This document shows, in pieces, positions 41,681 to 51,434 of a DNA stretch of 64,000 nucleotides; the stretch's first letter is position 1, and each line of letters begins with the position of its first letter. The position numbers and the translations under genes were made by a program. Origin of the DNA: an uncultured Gemmatimonadales bacterium (GTDB taxonomy: Bacteria; Gemmatimonadota; Gemmatimonadetes; Palauibacterales; Palauibacteraceae); the NCBI GenBank assembly GCA_963783385.1, contig CAWANJ010000007.1, positions 32,001 through 96,000 on the forward strand, in the 5' to 3' direction. The notes beneath the pieces were generated by a model that was not told the origin of the DNA, did not search any database, and was given only the letters and a program-made list of their open reading frames with translations.

Positions 41681-42767
41681 GCGCTCTCCGAGACACCCCG
41701 GGCCCTCCTCCTCGAACCCGCCGATCTTCGAGCGGCCGCCGCGGCGCGTGGCCGTGGTCCTGCTCTCGGCGATCGGAGACGTGGTGCACGGCATGCCGGT
41801 CGTCACATCGCTGGCGGAGGCGTGGCCGGAGGCCCGCATCGAGTGGATCATCCAGCCCGGTCCGCGGGCCCTGGTCCAGCCCCACCCCGACGTCGCCGAG
41901 TTCGTACCCTTCACCCGGCTCAAGGGCCCGGCCGCCCTCGCCGAGCTGGCCGACTTCCGCAGGCGCGTGGCCGGCCGCCGCTACGACCTGGTGCTGGCCC
42001 TGCAGGTGTACTTCAAGGCCGGGATGCTCACCGGGCTCCTGGACGCGTCCGTGAAGCTGGGCTTCGACCGGGAGCGCGCCGCCGACCTCAATGGCCTGTT
42101 CGTCACCCACCGCATCCCGGCACGGCCCGTGCGCCACGTCCAGGACCAGTACTTCGAGTTCCTCGAGTACCTGGGCGTGCCCGTGGTGCGCGAGTGGCGC
42201 TTCGCATTCAGCGAGGCGGAGCGGGAGGCGCAGCGCGCCTTCTTCGAGGCGCTCGACCGGCCGGCGCTCGCGGTCGTACTACGCACGACGCGTAGCGACA
42301 AGGACTGGATCCCCGAGCGCTATGCCAGGGTACTCGAGGCAGCCGAATCGGAGCTGGGTCTCCGTCCGGTCCTCGTGGGCAGCGGGGCGGCCGCCGAGCA
42401 GGCGGCCGCGGCCGAGGTCGAGCGCCTCACCTCGGCCCGGACCGTGAACGCCCTCCGGGACGACCTCCGGCGCCTGGCCTGGATCCTGGAGGGGAGCACG
42501 CTCGTGCTGAGCCCCGACACGGGGCCGCTGCACATCGCCTCGGCGCTGGGCACCCCGGTCGTGGGCCTGTATGGCGCCACCGACTCGCGGCGCGCCGGAC
42601 CCTACCGGGAACCGTTCCGGGAGCTGGTCGTGGACCGCTTTCCGCGCCGTCCCGACGAGCCGCCGGTGGCCGGGTTCCGGTCGGGCGGGATGAAGCGCAT
42701 CACGGTGGACGAGGTCGTCGAGAAGCTCCGGCTCGCCGCCGCGCGCCACCTTGGGGGTGGATCATGA
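41679..42767 (+). CDS. Glycosyltransferase family 9 (ADP-heptose:LPS heptosyltransferase-like)
   Basis: LSAIGDVVH, KDW..ERY, SPDTGPLHIASALGTPVVGLYG. Confidence 0.92.
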   Translation: MRSPRHPGPSSSNPPIFERPPRRVAVVLLSAIGDVVHGMPVVTSLAEAWPEARIEWIIQPGPRALVQPHPDVAEFVPFTRLKGPAALAELADFRRRVAGRRYDLVLALQVYFKAGMLTGLLDASVKLGFDRERAADLNGLFVTHRIPARPVRHVQDQYFEFLEYLGVPVVREWRFAFSEAEREAQRAFFEALDRPALAVVLRTTRSDKDWIPERYARVLEAAESELGLRPVLVGSGAAAEQAAAAEVERLTSARTVNALRDDLRRLAWILEGSTLVLSPDTGPLHIASALGTPVVGLYGATDSRRAGPYREPFRELVVDRFPRRPDEPPVAGFRSGGMKRITVDEVVEKLRLAAARHLGGGS

Positions 42768-44341
42768 CGGGACGGGATGGGGGCGCCCGGCGCGGGCGCA
42801 TCCTGTGGGTCGACGACGAAGCCGACTTCCTCAAGCCGCACGTGATGCGGCTGGAGGAGGAAGGCTACCAGGTCGACACGGTCATGAACGGGGACGACGC
42901 CCTGCAGCTCCTGGGCGCCGAGCCCTACGACCTCGTCCTGCTCGACGAGCAGATGCCGGGCCTGCGCGGCATCGAGGTGCTGGGCCGCCTGCGCCGGCGC
43001 ATGGGCCGCCTGCCGGTGGTCATGGTGACCAAGAGCGAGGAGGACGTCACCCTGCGCGAGGCCATCGGCCGGCGCGTGGACGACTACATCGTCAAGCCCA
43101 CCAGCCCCCGCCAGGTCCTCTCCGTGGTGAAGCGGCTGCTGGAGGGGGAGAGCCTCCGGCACGAGCGCATCGCCCGGGACTTCACCCGCCGCTTCGGCGA
43201 GCTGCGCGAGACGCTGTCCGGGGCCGAGACGTGGGACGACTACGCCCATCTGTACGGCGAGATCGTCGACTGGGAGCTGCGGCTCGAGGAGTCGGGCGAG
43301 TCCGGTCTCCGCGAAAGCCTGGAGACCCTGGTCATCGACGTGCGCCGCGCCTACTGCGACTTCGTGGCCGCCCGCTACCCGGAGTGGGTGCACGAGGAAG
43401 GGGAGCGCGGCCCGGCCCTGTCGGTGGACGTGATCCCGCAGTTCTTCCTGCCCCTCCTGGCCGGCGGCGATCCCGCCCTGCTCATGGTCGTCGACTGCCT
43501 GCGGCTGGACCAGTGGCGGGCCATCGCGCCCATGGTTTCGGACATGTTCGAGATCGAGGAGACGCTGTACGCCTCGCTCCTCCCCTCGGCCACGCCCTAC
43601 GCGCGCAACGCCATCTTCGGGGGCATGTTTTCCGACGAGCTCGCCGAGCGCTACCCGCGCTGGTGGGAGCACGGCGACGAGGAGGGCTACAACACGTTCG
43701 AGGACGAGCTGTTCGAGGGCTTCATCGGCGAGCTGTCGGGCGGCACGGTGCGCACCCACTACGAGAAGGTGTTCTCGGCGGATGAGGGCGATGCGATGCT
43801 CCAGCGCCTGGCGGGCTACCTGGCCGACCCCTCGGCCACGGCGCTCGTGTTCGGGTTCGTGGACCTCCTGACCCACGGGCGCAGCGAGTCCCGCCTGGTG
43901 TGGGAGATGGCCCGCGACGCCGCGGCGCTGCGCTCGCTGACGCGCACCTGGTTCGAGCGCTCGGCCGCCTTCGCCGCGCTCCGGGAGGCCGCCCGGCGCG
44001 GGGTGCGCGTCCTGTTCACCACCGACCACGGCTCGATCCACTGCCGGCGCCCGGCCACCGTGTATGCCAAGCGGGACGCCACCGCCAACCTGCGCTACAA
44101 GTTCGGCGAGGACCTGAGGACCGAGAGCCCCTCGACGGTTCTCGGCGCCAACCGCGCCGATGACTTCCGCCTCCCGCCGGGCGGCACCCGCATGCGCTAC
44201 CTGCTGTGCCGCGAGGACTATTATTTCGTGTATCCGACCAAGCTGCGGGAATACCAGCAGCGTTACCGTGACAGCTTCCTCCACGGCGGCGTGAGCCCGG
44301 AGGAGATGATCCTGCCCGCGGTGCTCCTCACGCCGCGGTGA
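42764..44341 (+). CDS. PorX-like response regulator (REC + helical bundle + PglZ/alkaline-phosphatase domain)
   Basis: WVDDE, LLDEQMPG, MVTKSEE, YIVKP; VDCLRLDQW, LPSATPYARNAIF, VDLLTHGR, TTDHG, FLHGGVSPEEM. Confidence 0.9.
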   Translation: MTGRDGGARRGRILWVDDEADFLKPHVMRLEEEGYQVDTVMNGDDALQLLGAEPYDLVLLDEQMPGLRGIEVLGRLRRRMGRLPVVMVTKSEEDVTLREAIGRRVDDYIVKPTSPRQVLSVVKRLLEGESLRHERIARDFTRRFGELRETLSGAETWDDYAHLYGEIVDWELRLEESGESGLRESLETLVIDVRRAYCDFVAARYPEWVHEEGERGPALSVDVIPQFFLPLLAGGDPALLMVVDCLRLDQWRAIAPMVSDMFEIEETLYASLLPSATPYARNAIFGGMFSDELAERYPRWWEHGDEEGYNTFEDELFEGFIGELSGGTVRTHYEKVFSADEGDAMLQRLAGYLADPSATALVFGFVDLLTHGRSESRLVWEMARDAAALRSLTRTWFERSAAFAALREAARRGVRVLFTTDHGSIHCRRPATVYAKRDATANLRYKFGEDLRTESPSTVLGANRADDFRLPPGGTRMRYLLCREDYYFVYPTKLREYQQRYRDSFLHGGVSPEEMILPAVLLTPR

Positions 44342-46215
44342 GCGACAGCCGGAACGGGCCCGCGGCGGACGGTGGCTCGGGCGGCTACGGGCGACTCCTC
44401 CGCTACCTGACGCCCTACCGCGGGATCTTTTCGGCGAGTCTCCTGTGCATGGTGCTCGCCGCCCTGTTCGACGCCTTCAGCCTCGTCCTCCTCATCCCCT
44501 TCCTGCGCTCCCTGTTCGGGCAGGGCGCGCTCCTGCCCGGCGGCGGCCGGAACACGGCCGAGCGCGTCATCGACTGGGTGGTGGGCGGGTGGCTGCAGGG
44601 GGCGACCGGGCTCGAGGCGCTCCGGGGCATCTGCCTGGTCGTGCTGGCGGCGCTCCTCCTCAAGAACGTCTTCCTGTACGGGGCGCGCTTCCTGGGGATC
44701 GTCGTGCAGGAGCGGATCGAACGCGACATGCGCGACGACGTGTACGGACACCTGGCGCGGCTGCCGCTGCCCTTCTTCTCGGGCACCCGGGCCGGCCAGC
44801 TCATGGCCCGCGTCCTCACCGACACGCGCGAGACCAAGCAGATCGTGAGCTACGCGCTGGCGGACGCGCTCCGCCAGGTGGTGACCGCGATCGCTTACCT
44901 GCTCACCATGATCGCCCTGTCGTGGCGGCTCACCATGATCGCCGTCGTCCTGGCCCCCGTGCTGGCGGGCGCTCTCCGGCCGCTCCTCCGACGGCTGCGG
45001 CGGGGCTTCCGAAGGGCCTACGACGAGCAGGGCGATCTGCTCAGCATCCTCGAGGAGACGGTGAGCGGCGTGCGCCTGGTGAAGGCGTACGGGGCGGAGG
45101 CGTACGAGCGCGGGCGCTTCGAGGAGGGGTCGGCGCGCTTCACGCGGAGGCTGATCCGCACCGAGGCCGTCTCCCAGCTCGCCTCGCCCTTCTCGGAGGT
45201 GCTGAGCGCGCTGGTGGCGCTCGTCCTCCTGTGGATGGGCGCCAACATGGTCCTGGGCTCGGGCTCCATGGGGCCCGAGCAGTTCCTCACCTTCATCACG
45301 ATCGCGCTCCGCCTCATCTCCCCCGTCAAGGCGCTGGCCCAGCTCCCGGCCAGGGCCCAGTCCTCCATGGCCGCCGCCGACCGCTTCTTCGAGGTGCTCG
45401 ACACGCCGCCGGAGCCCGCCGTGCGGCCGGTTCCGGAGGAGGCGGGAGGAGACGGCGTCAGGCCGGTGGGGCTCGAGCGGGAGATCCGCTTCGAGGGCGT
45501 CGAGTTCGAGTACGAGCCGGATCGGCCGGTCCTCCGCGACATCAGCTTCGCGGTCCCCAGGGGAGAGGTCGTGGCCCTGGTGGGCCCCTCGGGGGCGGGG
45601 AAGAGCACCCTCGTCGACCTCCTGCCGCGCTTCATCGAGCCGGGCCGGGGCCGGATCACCCTGGACGGGGTGGACCTGCGGCGGATCAACCTGGGCGCGC
45701 TGCGGGACCTGATGGGGATCGTGAGCCAGGAGACGGTGATCTTCCACGACAGCGTGCGCGCCAACGTCGCCTACGGGAGGCCGGATCGCTGGGGCCAGGA
45801 GCGGCTGCGGGAGGCGGCGCGGGCCGCCAACGCGCTCGCGTTCATCGAGGCACTTCCGCACGGCTGGGACACGCTCCTCGGCGACCGGGGCGTGCGCCTC
45901 TCCGGCGGACAGCGCCAGCGGATCGGCATCGCTCGGGCCATCCTGCGCGACCCGCCCATCCTCATCCTGGACGAGGCCACCTCCAACCTGGACGCCGAGT
46001 CCGAGCGGCTCATCCAGGCGGCCATGGACCGCCTCCTGACCGGCCGCACCGTGTTCGTGATCGCCCACCGCCTGTCCACCGTCCGCGGCGCCGACCGCAT
46101 CCTGGTGCTGGAGGACGGCCGACTGGTCGAGAGCGGCACGCACGACGAGCTGTACGCGGCCGGCGGCCTGTACCGACGCCTGTACGAGATGCAGCTGGAG
46201 CCGGGTGGGAGCTGA
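44338..46215 (+). CDS. msbA: MsbA-like lipid A ABC flippase
   Basis: Six-TM domain plus GPSGAGKST, LSGGQRQR, ILDEATS; LPS gene context. Confidence 0.82.
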   Translation: MSDSRNGPAADGGSGGYGRLLRYLTPYRGIFSASLLCMVLAALFDAFSLVLLIPFLRSLFGQGALLPGGGRNTAERVIDWVVGGWLQGATGLEALRGICLVVLAALLLKNVFLYGARFLGIVVQERIERDMRDDVYGHLARLPLPFFSGTRAGQLMARVLTDTRETKQIVSYALADALRQVVTAIAYLLTMIALSWRLTMIAVVLAPVLAGALRPLLRRLRRGFRRAYDEQGDLLSILEETVSGVRLVKAYGAEAYERGRFEEGSARFTRRLIRTEAVSQLASPFSEVLSALVALVLLWMGANMVLGSGSMGPEQFLTFITIALRLISPVKALAQLPARAQSSMAAADRFFEVLDTPPEPAVRPVPEEAGGDGVRPVGLEREIRFEGVEFEYEPDRPVLRDISFAVPRGEVVALVGPSGAGKSTLVDLLPRFIEPGRGRITLDGVDLRRINLGALRDLMGIVSQETVIFHDSVRANVAYGRPDRWGQERLREAARAANALAFIEALPHGWDTLLGDRGVRLSGGQRQRIGIARAILRDPPILILDEATSNLDAESERLIQAAMDRLLTGRTVFVIAHRLSTVRGADRILVLEDGRLVESGTHDELYAAGGLYRRLYEMQLEPGGS

Positions 46216-47557
46216 CGCGCCGTCTCCGTGGAGGCGGCGGGCCGTCCTGGCCCTGTACGTGCTCCTCGGGCTCGTCGCCCTCGTGGAGGTGGGGCGCGAC
46301 CTCGCATCGCCGGGCGACTACACCGGATTCGTGGCCTTCGGCGCGGCCGCGGCGGCCGGACAGGTCCCCTACGACCCCGCCGTGGAAGCCGCCTACCTGA
46401 ACGCCCGCTGGGCCACGTGGCCCCCCTCGTTCGCCCCCATCGCCGTTCTCCTGGCCCGCCTGGACGCGATCGCGCACGAGCCGGCCGTGTTCCTGTTCCA
46501 GCTCGCCAACCTCCTGGCCCTGGCCTGCGTCCTGTGGATCCTGGCGCGGTGGCTGTACGGGCGTCGGCTCACGCTGGGATCGCCGGATGGGCCGGGGTCG
46601 GACCCGTGGCCAGCGACGCGCTCCGGCGACGGGATCCCGCTCGCCGCCCTCCCGGTGCTCGGCGCCCTCCTGGTCCCGCTGCGCGTCGTCCTGGCCAACT
46701 TCGAGCACGCCCAGTCCAACCTCCTCATCCTCGGAGTGGCCGTGGCCGGGATGTGGCTCCTCCACCGGGGGCGGCGGGCCGGGGGCGGGGTCGCGCTCGG
46801 CCTGGCCACCGCCTTCAAGGCGACGCCGCTGCTGCTGCTCGGCTACCTGGCGTGGAAGGGAAGGTGGCGGGACCTGGCGGCCGCGCTGGCCGGCTGCGCA
46901 CTCACCTGGCTCCTCCTGCCGGCGCTCCTCCTCGGGCCGGGGCGCCTGGCGGCCTGGTACGGGGCGTGGATCCGGAAGAGCGCGGGATCCGCGGCGCAGA
47001 CGTCGCCGCTCAACCAGTCGCTTCTGGCCGCCCTCGAGCGCCTGGTCCCGGGAGTGCCCGGCTGGCCGCTGTTCCTGGCGGTGGCGGGGATGCTCGTGGC
47101 CGTGGGCCTGTGGGCGCTGCGGCGGCCGGGCGCGAGCGGCGAACGGGCAGGCGACGAGGCGGCGAGCGGCCGGCGCGAGGTACTGGAGGTGGCGCTGGTG
47201 CTGGCGGCCATGAGCCTGCTCTCGCCCCTGGCCTGGAAGGCGCACTTCGTGACCCTGGTGCCCCTGGCCGGCGCCCTGTTCGCCTACACGTCGGCGGGAG
47301 AGCGGTGGCGGGCGGACGGCATCGGAGGCACGGGCGCCGGAGGCGCGGGCGTCGCGGAAGGCGTCATGCCGGCGGCCGGGGGCGGAGCCCTGTACGTCGT
47401 GCTCGGGGCCGCCTTCCTCGTCCTGAACCTGAGCTCCGACGGCGTGATCGGTCGCTCCGCGGCCCGGGCGCTCGAGGCCGGGAGCGTGGTGACCTGGGCC
47501 GCGCTCCTCCTGGTCGGGGCCGGTCTGGTGGTGCTGGCGCGCGGGACTACGGCGTGA
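46205..47557 (+). CDS. GT87/DUF2029 GT-C fold membrane glycosyltransferase, paralog 1
   Basis: PGDY..F, ATWPPSFA, HAQSNLL, FKATP, NQSL, LSPLAWKAHF. Confidence 0.8.
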   Translation: MGADAPSPWRRRAVLALYVLLGLVALVEVGRDLASPGDYTGFVAFGAAAAAGQVPYDPAVEAAYLNARWATWPPSFAPIAVLLARLDAIAHEPAVFLFQLANLLALACVLWILARWLYGRRLTLGSPDGPGSDPWPATRSGDGIPLAALPVLGALLVPLRVVLANFEHAQSNLLILGVAVAGMWLLHRGRRAGGGVALGLATAFKATPLLLLGYLAWKGRWRDLAAALAGCALTWLLLPALLLGPGRLAAWYGAWIRKSAGSAAQTSPLNQSLLAALERLVPGVPGWPLFLAVAGMLVAVGLWALRRPGASGERAGDEAASGRREVLEVALVLAAMSLLSPLAWKAHFVTLVPLAGALFAYTSAGERWRADGIGGTGAGGAGVAEGVMPAAGGGALYVVLGAAFLVLNLSSDGVIGRSAARALEAGSVVTWAALLLVGAGLVVLARGTTA

Positions 47558-48969
47558 GGGAGGGGGCCGGCGGAACCGGGCCGCGGGCCCCGATGGAGGG
47601 AGGCGGAGGCCGCGTCTCGCGTCCCGTGAAGCTCCTCGCCGGCGCGCTGGCGGCGGGCCTCGTGTGGGTCGCCCTGCGCGAGGTGCGGTCGCCGGGCGAC
47701 TACCTGGGCTTCGTGGCCTTCGGACGCGCGGCGCTGGACGGCGTCCTCCCGTACAGCCGCGCGCTCGAGGCGCTGTATCGACCCGATCTCCACGCCCCCT
47801 GGGCCACGTGGCCGCCGGCGTTCGCGCCCGCCGCGGCCGTCCTCGCGCTGGTGGACGGGGTCTCCCGGCCCCTGGGCGTGCTCCTCGTGCAGAGCGCCGC
47901 GCTCGGAGGGCTGGCCACGGCGCTGGCCTTCTTCGCCCGGCGCGCCGGCGTCGGGGCGGGCGAGGAAGCGGGCGCGCCGGGCGGCGCACGCTGGACGCCG
48001 GACGCACGCCGCGCGGCCGCCCTGTTCGTCACGGCTCCCGTCCTGCTGGCGCTGGCCGTTCCCTACAGGATCCTCCTCGACAGCCTGCAGAACACGCAGG
48101 TGAATCTCCTGGTCCTCGGCCTGGTGGCGGCGGCGTTCGGGCTGCTGGGGTCGGGGCGGCGGTGGGCGGGCGGACTGACGCTGGGGGCGGCTACCTCGTT
48201 CAAGGCGGCCCCGCTCCTCCTGCTGGGTTACCTGGCGTGGCGCGGACGGTGGAGGGACCTGGGCGCGGCGGCGGTCGGCGTGGTGGTGTGGTGGGTGGCG
48301 CTGCCCGCGCTCCTGCTCGGGATCGGCCGGGCCGGTCCCGCGATCGGCGGGGCCGGTCCCGCGGGCGGCATTCTCGGGTCCTACGCCGCGTGGCTCGGGC
48401 ACGCCGCCTCGGGAACGCTGCTCGTGCGCGGGAGCAACCAGTCGCTGCTCGCGGTGATCCTGCGGCTGGTCCCGGTCGGCCGCGGGACGGGGATCGCCCT
48501 GTTCGCCGTCGTCACGCTGGTCCTGGCGGTCCTCACGCTCGTGGCGTTCGGCCGGCCGCTCCGCCGCGTGGGGCCGCGGCGCGAGGTCGCCGAGCTGGCC
48601 GTGATGCTGGTGGCGGTCAGCCTCCTCTCACCCCTCGCCTGGAAGGCCCACTACGTGTCGCTGGCGCCTCTCGTCCTCGTGCTGGCGGCGGAAGCGGCGA
48701 TGGGAACGGGCACAGGATCCGGCGACGGCCGGAGGAGGAGCGTGGGAACGCTCGTCCTCTTCGCGCTTGCCTTCATGGCGCTCGACCTCAGCGGGCGGGA
48801 CCTGGTCGGCCGCGCCCTGTCGGCTGCCGCGGAGCAATGGGGGGCCGTCACCTGGACGGCGCTCTCACTCCTGGTGGCCGCTCTATGGTACCTGAGGACG
48901 ACTGAAGAGCCCGAGGCTCGTCCTGGGGAGGGGAGCCGGGGGCCTCCGGGAGCGGATGTCGAACATTGA
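47554..48969 (+). CDS. GT87/DUF2029 GT-C fold membrane glycosyltransferase, paralog 2
   Basis: PGDY..F, ATWPPAFA, NTQVNLL, FKAAP, NQSL, LSPLAWKAHY; stop codon lies inside repeat copy 4. Confidence 0.8.
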   Translation: MREGAGGTGPRAPMEGGGGRVSRPVKLLAGALAAGLVWVALREVRSPGDYLGFVAFGRAALDGVLPYSRALEALYRPDLHAPWATWPPAFAPAAAVLALVDGVSRPLGVLLVQSAALGGLATALAFFARRAGVGAGEEAGAPGGARWTPDARRAAALFVTAPVLLALAVPYRILLDSLQNTQVNLLVLGLVAAAFGLLGSGRRWAGGLTLGAATSFKAAPLLLLGYLAWRGRWRDLGAAAVGVVVWWVALPALLLGIGRAGPAIGGAGPAGGILGSYAAWLGHAASGTLLVRGSNQSLLAVILRLVPVGRGTGIALFAVVTLVLAVLTLVAFGRPLRRVGPRREVAELAVMLVAVSLLSPLAWKAHYVSLAPLVLVLAAEAAMGTGTGSGDGRRRSVGTLVLFALAFMALDLSGRDLVGRALSAAAEQWGAVTWTALSLLVAALWYLRTTEEPEARPGEGSRGPPGADVEH

Positions 48970-49012
48970 CAAAGATTGACAAGCTTTGTCAAAGATTGCC
49001 AAAGATGGCCAT
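48955..49012 (+). repeat. Phased TGNCA palindromic element, copy 4
   Basis: GATGTCGAACATTGACAAAGATTGACAAGCTTTGTCAAAGATTGCCAAAGATGGCCAT; motifs at 48957 to 49007 every 10 bp. Confidence 0.88.
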
Positions 49013-49046
49013 CGCGTTCCGAAGAGGCCCACCACCCCCTCTTTTC

Positions 49047-51180
49047 CTAGCCCTTGCACACCGGACGGCCGAACATCCCCCGGCCACCCTGATTCTCAGC
49101 CGTGGTTTCCGGCTGACGCGGCCACGTGTCGTCGGCCACGTCGCGATCCGGGAAGCGGCAGTGCGGGTCCAGCACGATGCGGTCGATCTTGCGCGGTCCG
49201 AAGTCCAGGTGCGCGTCGAAGGTCCGTGAGCCGTCGAACCACACGTCGACCGGATAGCGCACCACGGCGGTCGAGTCGTCCACCATGGTGGCGTGGGTCA
49301 TCTTCCGGATCGCCGGGCCCTGCGGTGCGAAGTGCACGGCCAGCACGACCGGCGAGGGCATGTCGCCGTCCTGGCGCACGGTCACGGTCGTGCTCGCGCC
49401 CGACTGCTGCACGCCCTGGATGGAGCCGTCCACGGCGTCGGTGGTGAACAGCCAGTAGTACCAGAACCAGCCCAGGTCGCGGTGCAGGGCGTGGCTCATG
49501 AAGAAGGCGTAGTCCCACGGCGAGGGGTGCTTGAAGCGCCACGCCGCGGCGTACTGGCTCATGGCGCGGGTGACCGCGCTGTCCCCCACGATCCCGCCCA
49601 GCATCGACAGCATCATGGGCGCCTTTCCGTACGCCTGGAAGCTGTACATGGGGCCGCCGTAGTTGGCGTCCCACATGAGCGGGGCCTCGCGCTCGTTGCC
49701 GCTCACCCGGCCGTACAGCTGGCCGCGGCCGTCCAGGCTCGGCCCGACCGGGAGCCCGCGCAGGTCGTCGGCCGACAGGACGTTCATGTACTGGTTGAAG
49801 CCCTCGTCCATGAAGCCGTACCAGGTCTCGTTGGTGCCCAGCGTCATGGGCCACCACTGGTGGCCGGTCTCGTGGTCCGACGCGCCGGTGCTCGACATGA
49901 TGAACATCGGGTACTCCATGCCGAGCTCGGGCCCGTCCACGTCCGTGAGGACGGGGAAGGCGTACGGGATCCACAGCTTCGAGTAGAACTCGAGCGCGTG
50001 GCGGATGCGCGCCGGGGCCGGGGCGTACGCCTTCGCGTGGCCGGGCAGGTACATGACGTTGACCGGGACCGGACCCCGGTCCGGGATGGTGGCGCGGGTG
50101 GCGTCCCACAGGAACTGGTTCGAAGTGGCCCAGCCCACGTCCCCGACCGTGTCGGCCACGAAATGCCAGGTCAGCCGGTCCCCGGCCGCCGTCGCCTTGC
50201 CGGGGCCGAGCTCATCGGGGCCCACCACGTGGATGGTCGAGTCCGAGTCGAGCACGTGCGAGAGCCGCTCGCGCTCGGTGGAGGTCAGGACCTGGTCGGG
50301 GTTCTGCAGCACCCCGGTCGCGCCCACCACCCAGCCGGCGGGCACCTCCACCTTCAGGTCGAAGTGCCCGAAGTCGTTGTAGAACTCGGACGGGCCCAGG
50401 TAGGGGTCGGTGTCCCAGCCGCCCTGGAACAGGTCGTCGTACATGGCTACCTGCGGGTACCACTGGCCCACCTGGTAGAGCGAGTCGCCCCAGGCGCCCA
50501 TGCGCTCCCCGCGCTCGCCGGCGGGCACCTTCGGCACCGTGAAGTGCCAGTCCGCCTCCAGGGTGAAGCTGTCGTGCGCGGCCACCGGCGTGGGCAGCGT
50601 GATCAACGCCACCGTGGCCGACGTGTCGTAGGCGGCCAGGATCACCTTGGGCGGGGTGGTGTCCCTCCGGAAGCGGCGGCGGGGCGGCGGGTTCAGGTTC
50701 ACCGGCTGGCCGTCGAACGAGAGGCTCGTCAGCGTGATGCCATCGGTCATCGACGGCATGGGGCGCTCGCGGACCGCGTCGGGCGCGAAGATGTTCTGGT
50801 AGAGCCGCAGGACGATGGTAGCGCATGGTGCTGTCGCTCCGGTTCTGCACCGTCACCCGCTCGTGTCCCGTGACCACGCCCGTCGACGGGTCGAGGCTGG
50901 CCTGGATGGCGTAGTCCGTCCACAGCTGCCAGTAGTTGGGTCCCGGCCGCCCGGTGGAGTCGCGGGTGCCCGCCGCGAACGCCCGGCGGATCATGTCCGT
51001 CATCGGGATGTCGTGACGGATCGGACGGGCCGGCCAGCTGTGCGCGGCCTGCGCGGGCGCCGGGCGGGCCCGGGCCTGCGCCGAGGCGGGTCGGCTCCCG
51101 CCGAGCAGGAGGAGCGCCGCGAGGCTCCCGGCGGCGACGACGGACAGGGCGGAACGCGGGACGGACGACGAGCGGCGCAT
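49047..51180 (-). CDS. Secreted M1-family metallopeptidase; frameshift near 50817
   Basis: Signal peptide; GRPGPNYWQ; GMEYP; HETGH...DEG zinc motif; YGK; FKHP.PWD. Confidence 0.88.
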
Positions 51181-51434
51181 CGTGTCTCCTGGGCCGAGGT
51201 CGGTGTCGCGGCCCGGATCCCTCGAGCCGGGAGCCGGGCATCCGCGCCTCGCCCCTCCGGGCGGGGCGCCGAACAGAGATACAACGGACGCTGGCCCGTG
51301 GCGACCCCGGGTCCCCGCGCCGGCGGGCCGGGATGCCCTGTAGGCGGCGAGCCGGGTCGCGCTATATTCGGTTCCATGCCAGGCCGCGCCACGGATCGCC
51401 CACGACGTCTCTTCATTCCCGAGGAGTCCTTCGA

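Noticed and set aside
42764-44341. BREX defence system because of the PglZ domain
   Set aside because: The architecture is REC-PglZ (PorX type), and there are no brxC, pglX or brxL genes.
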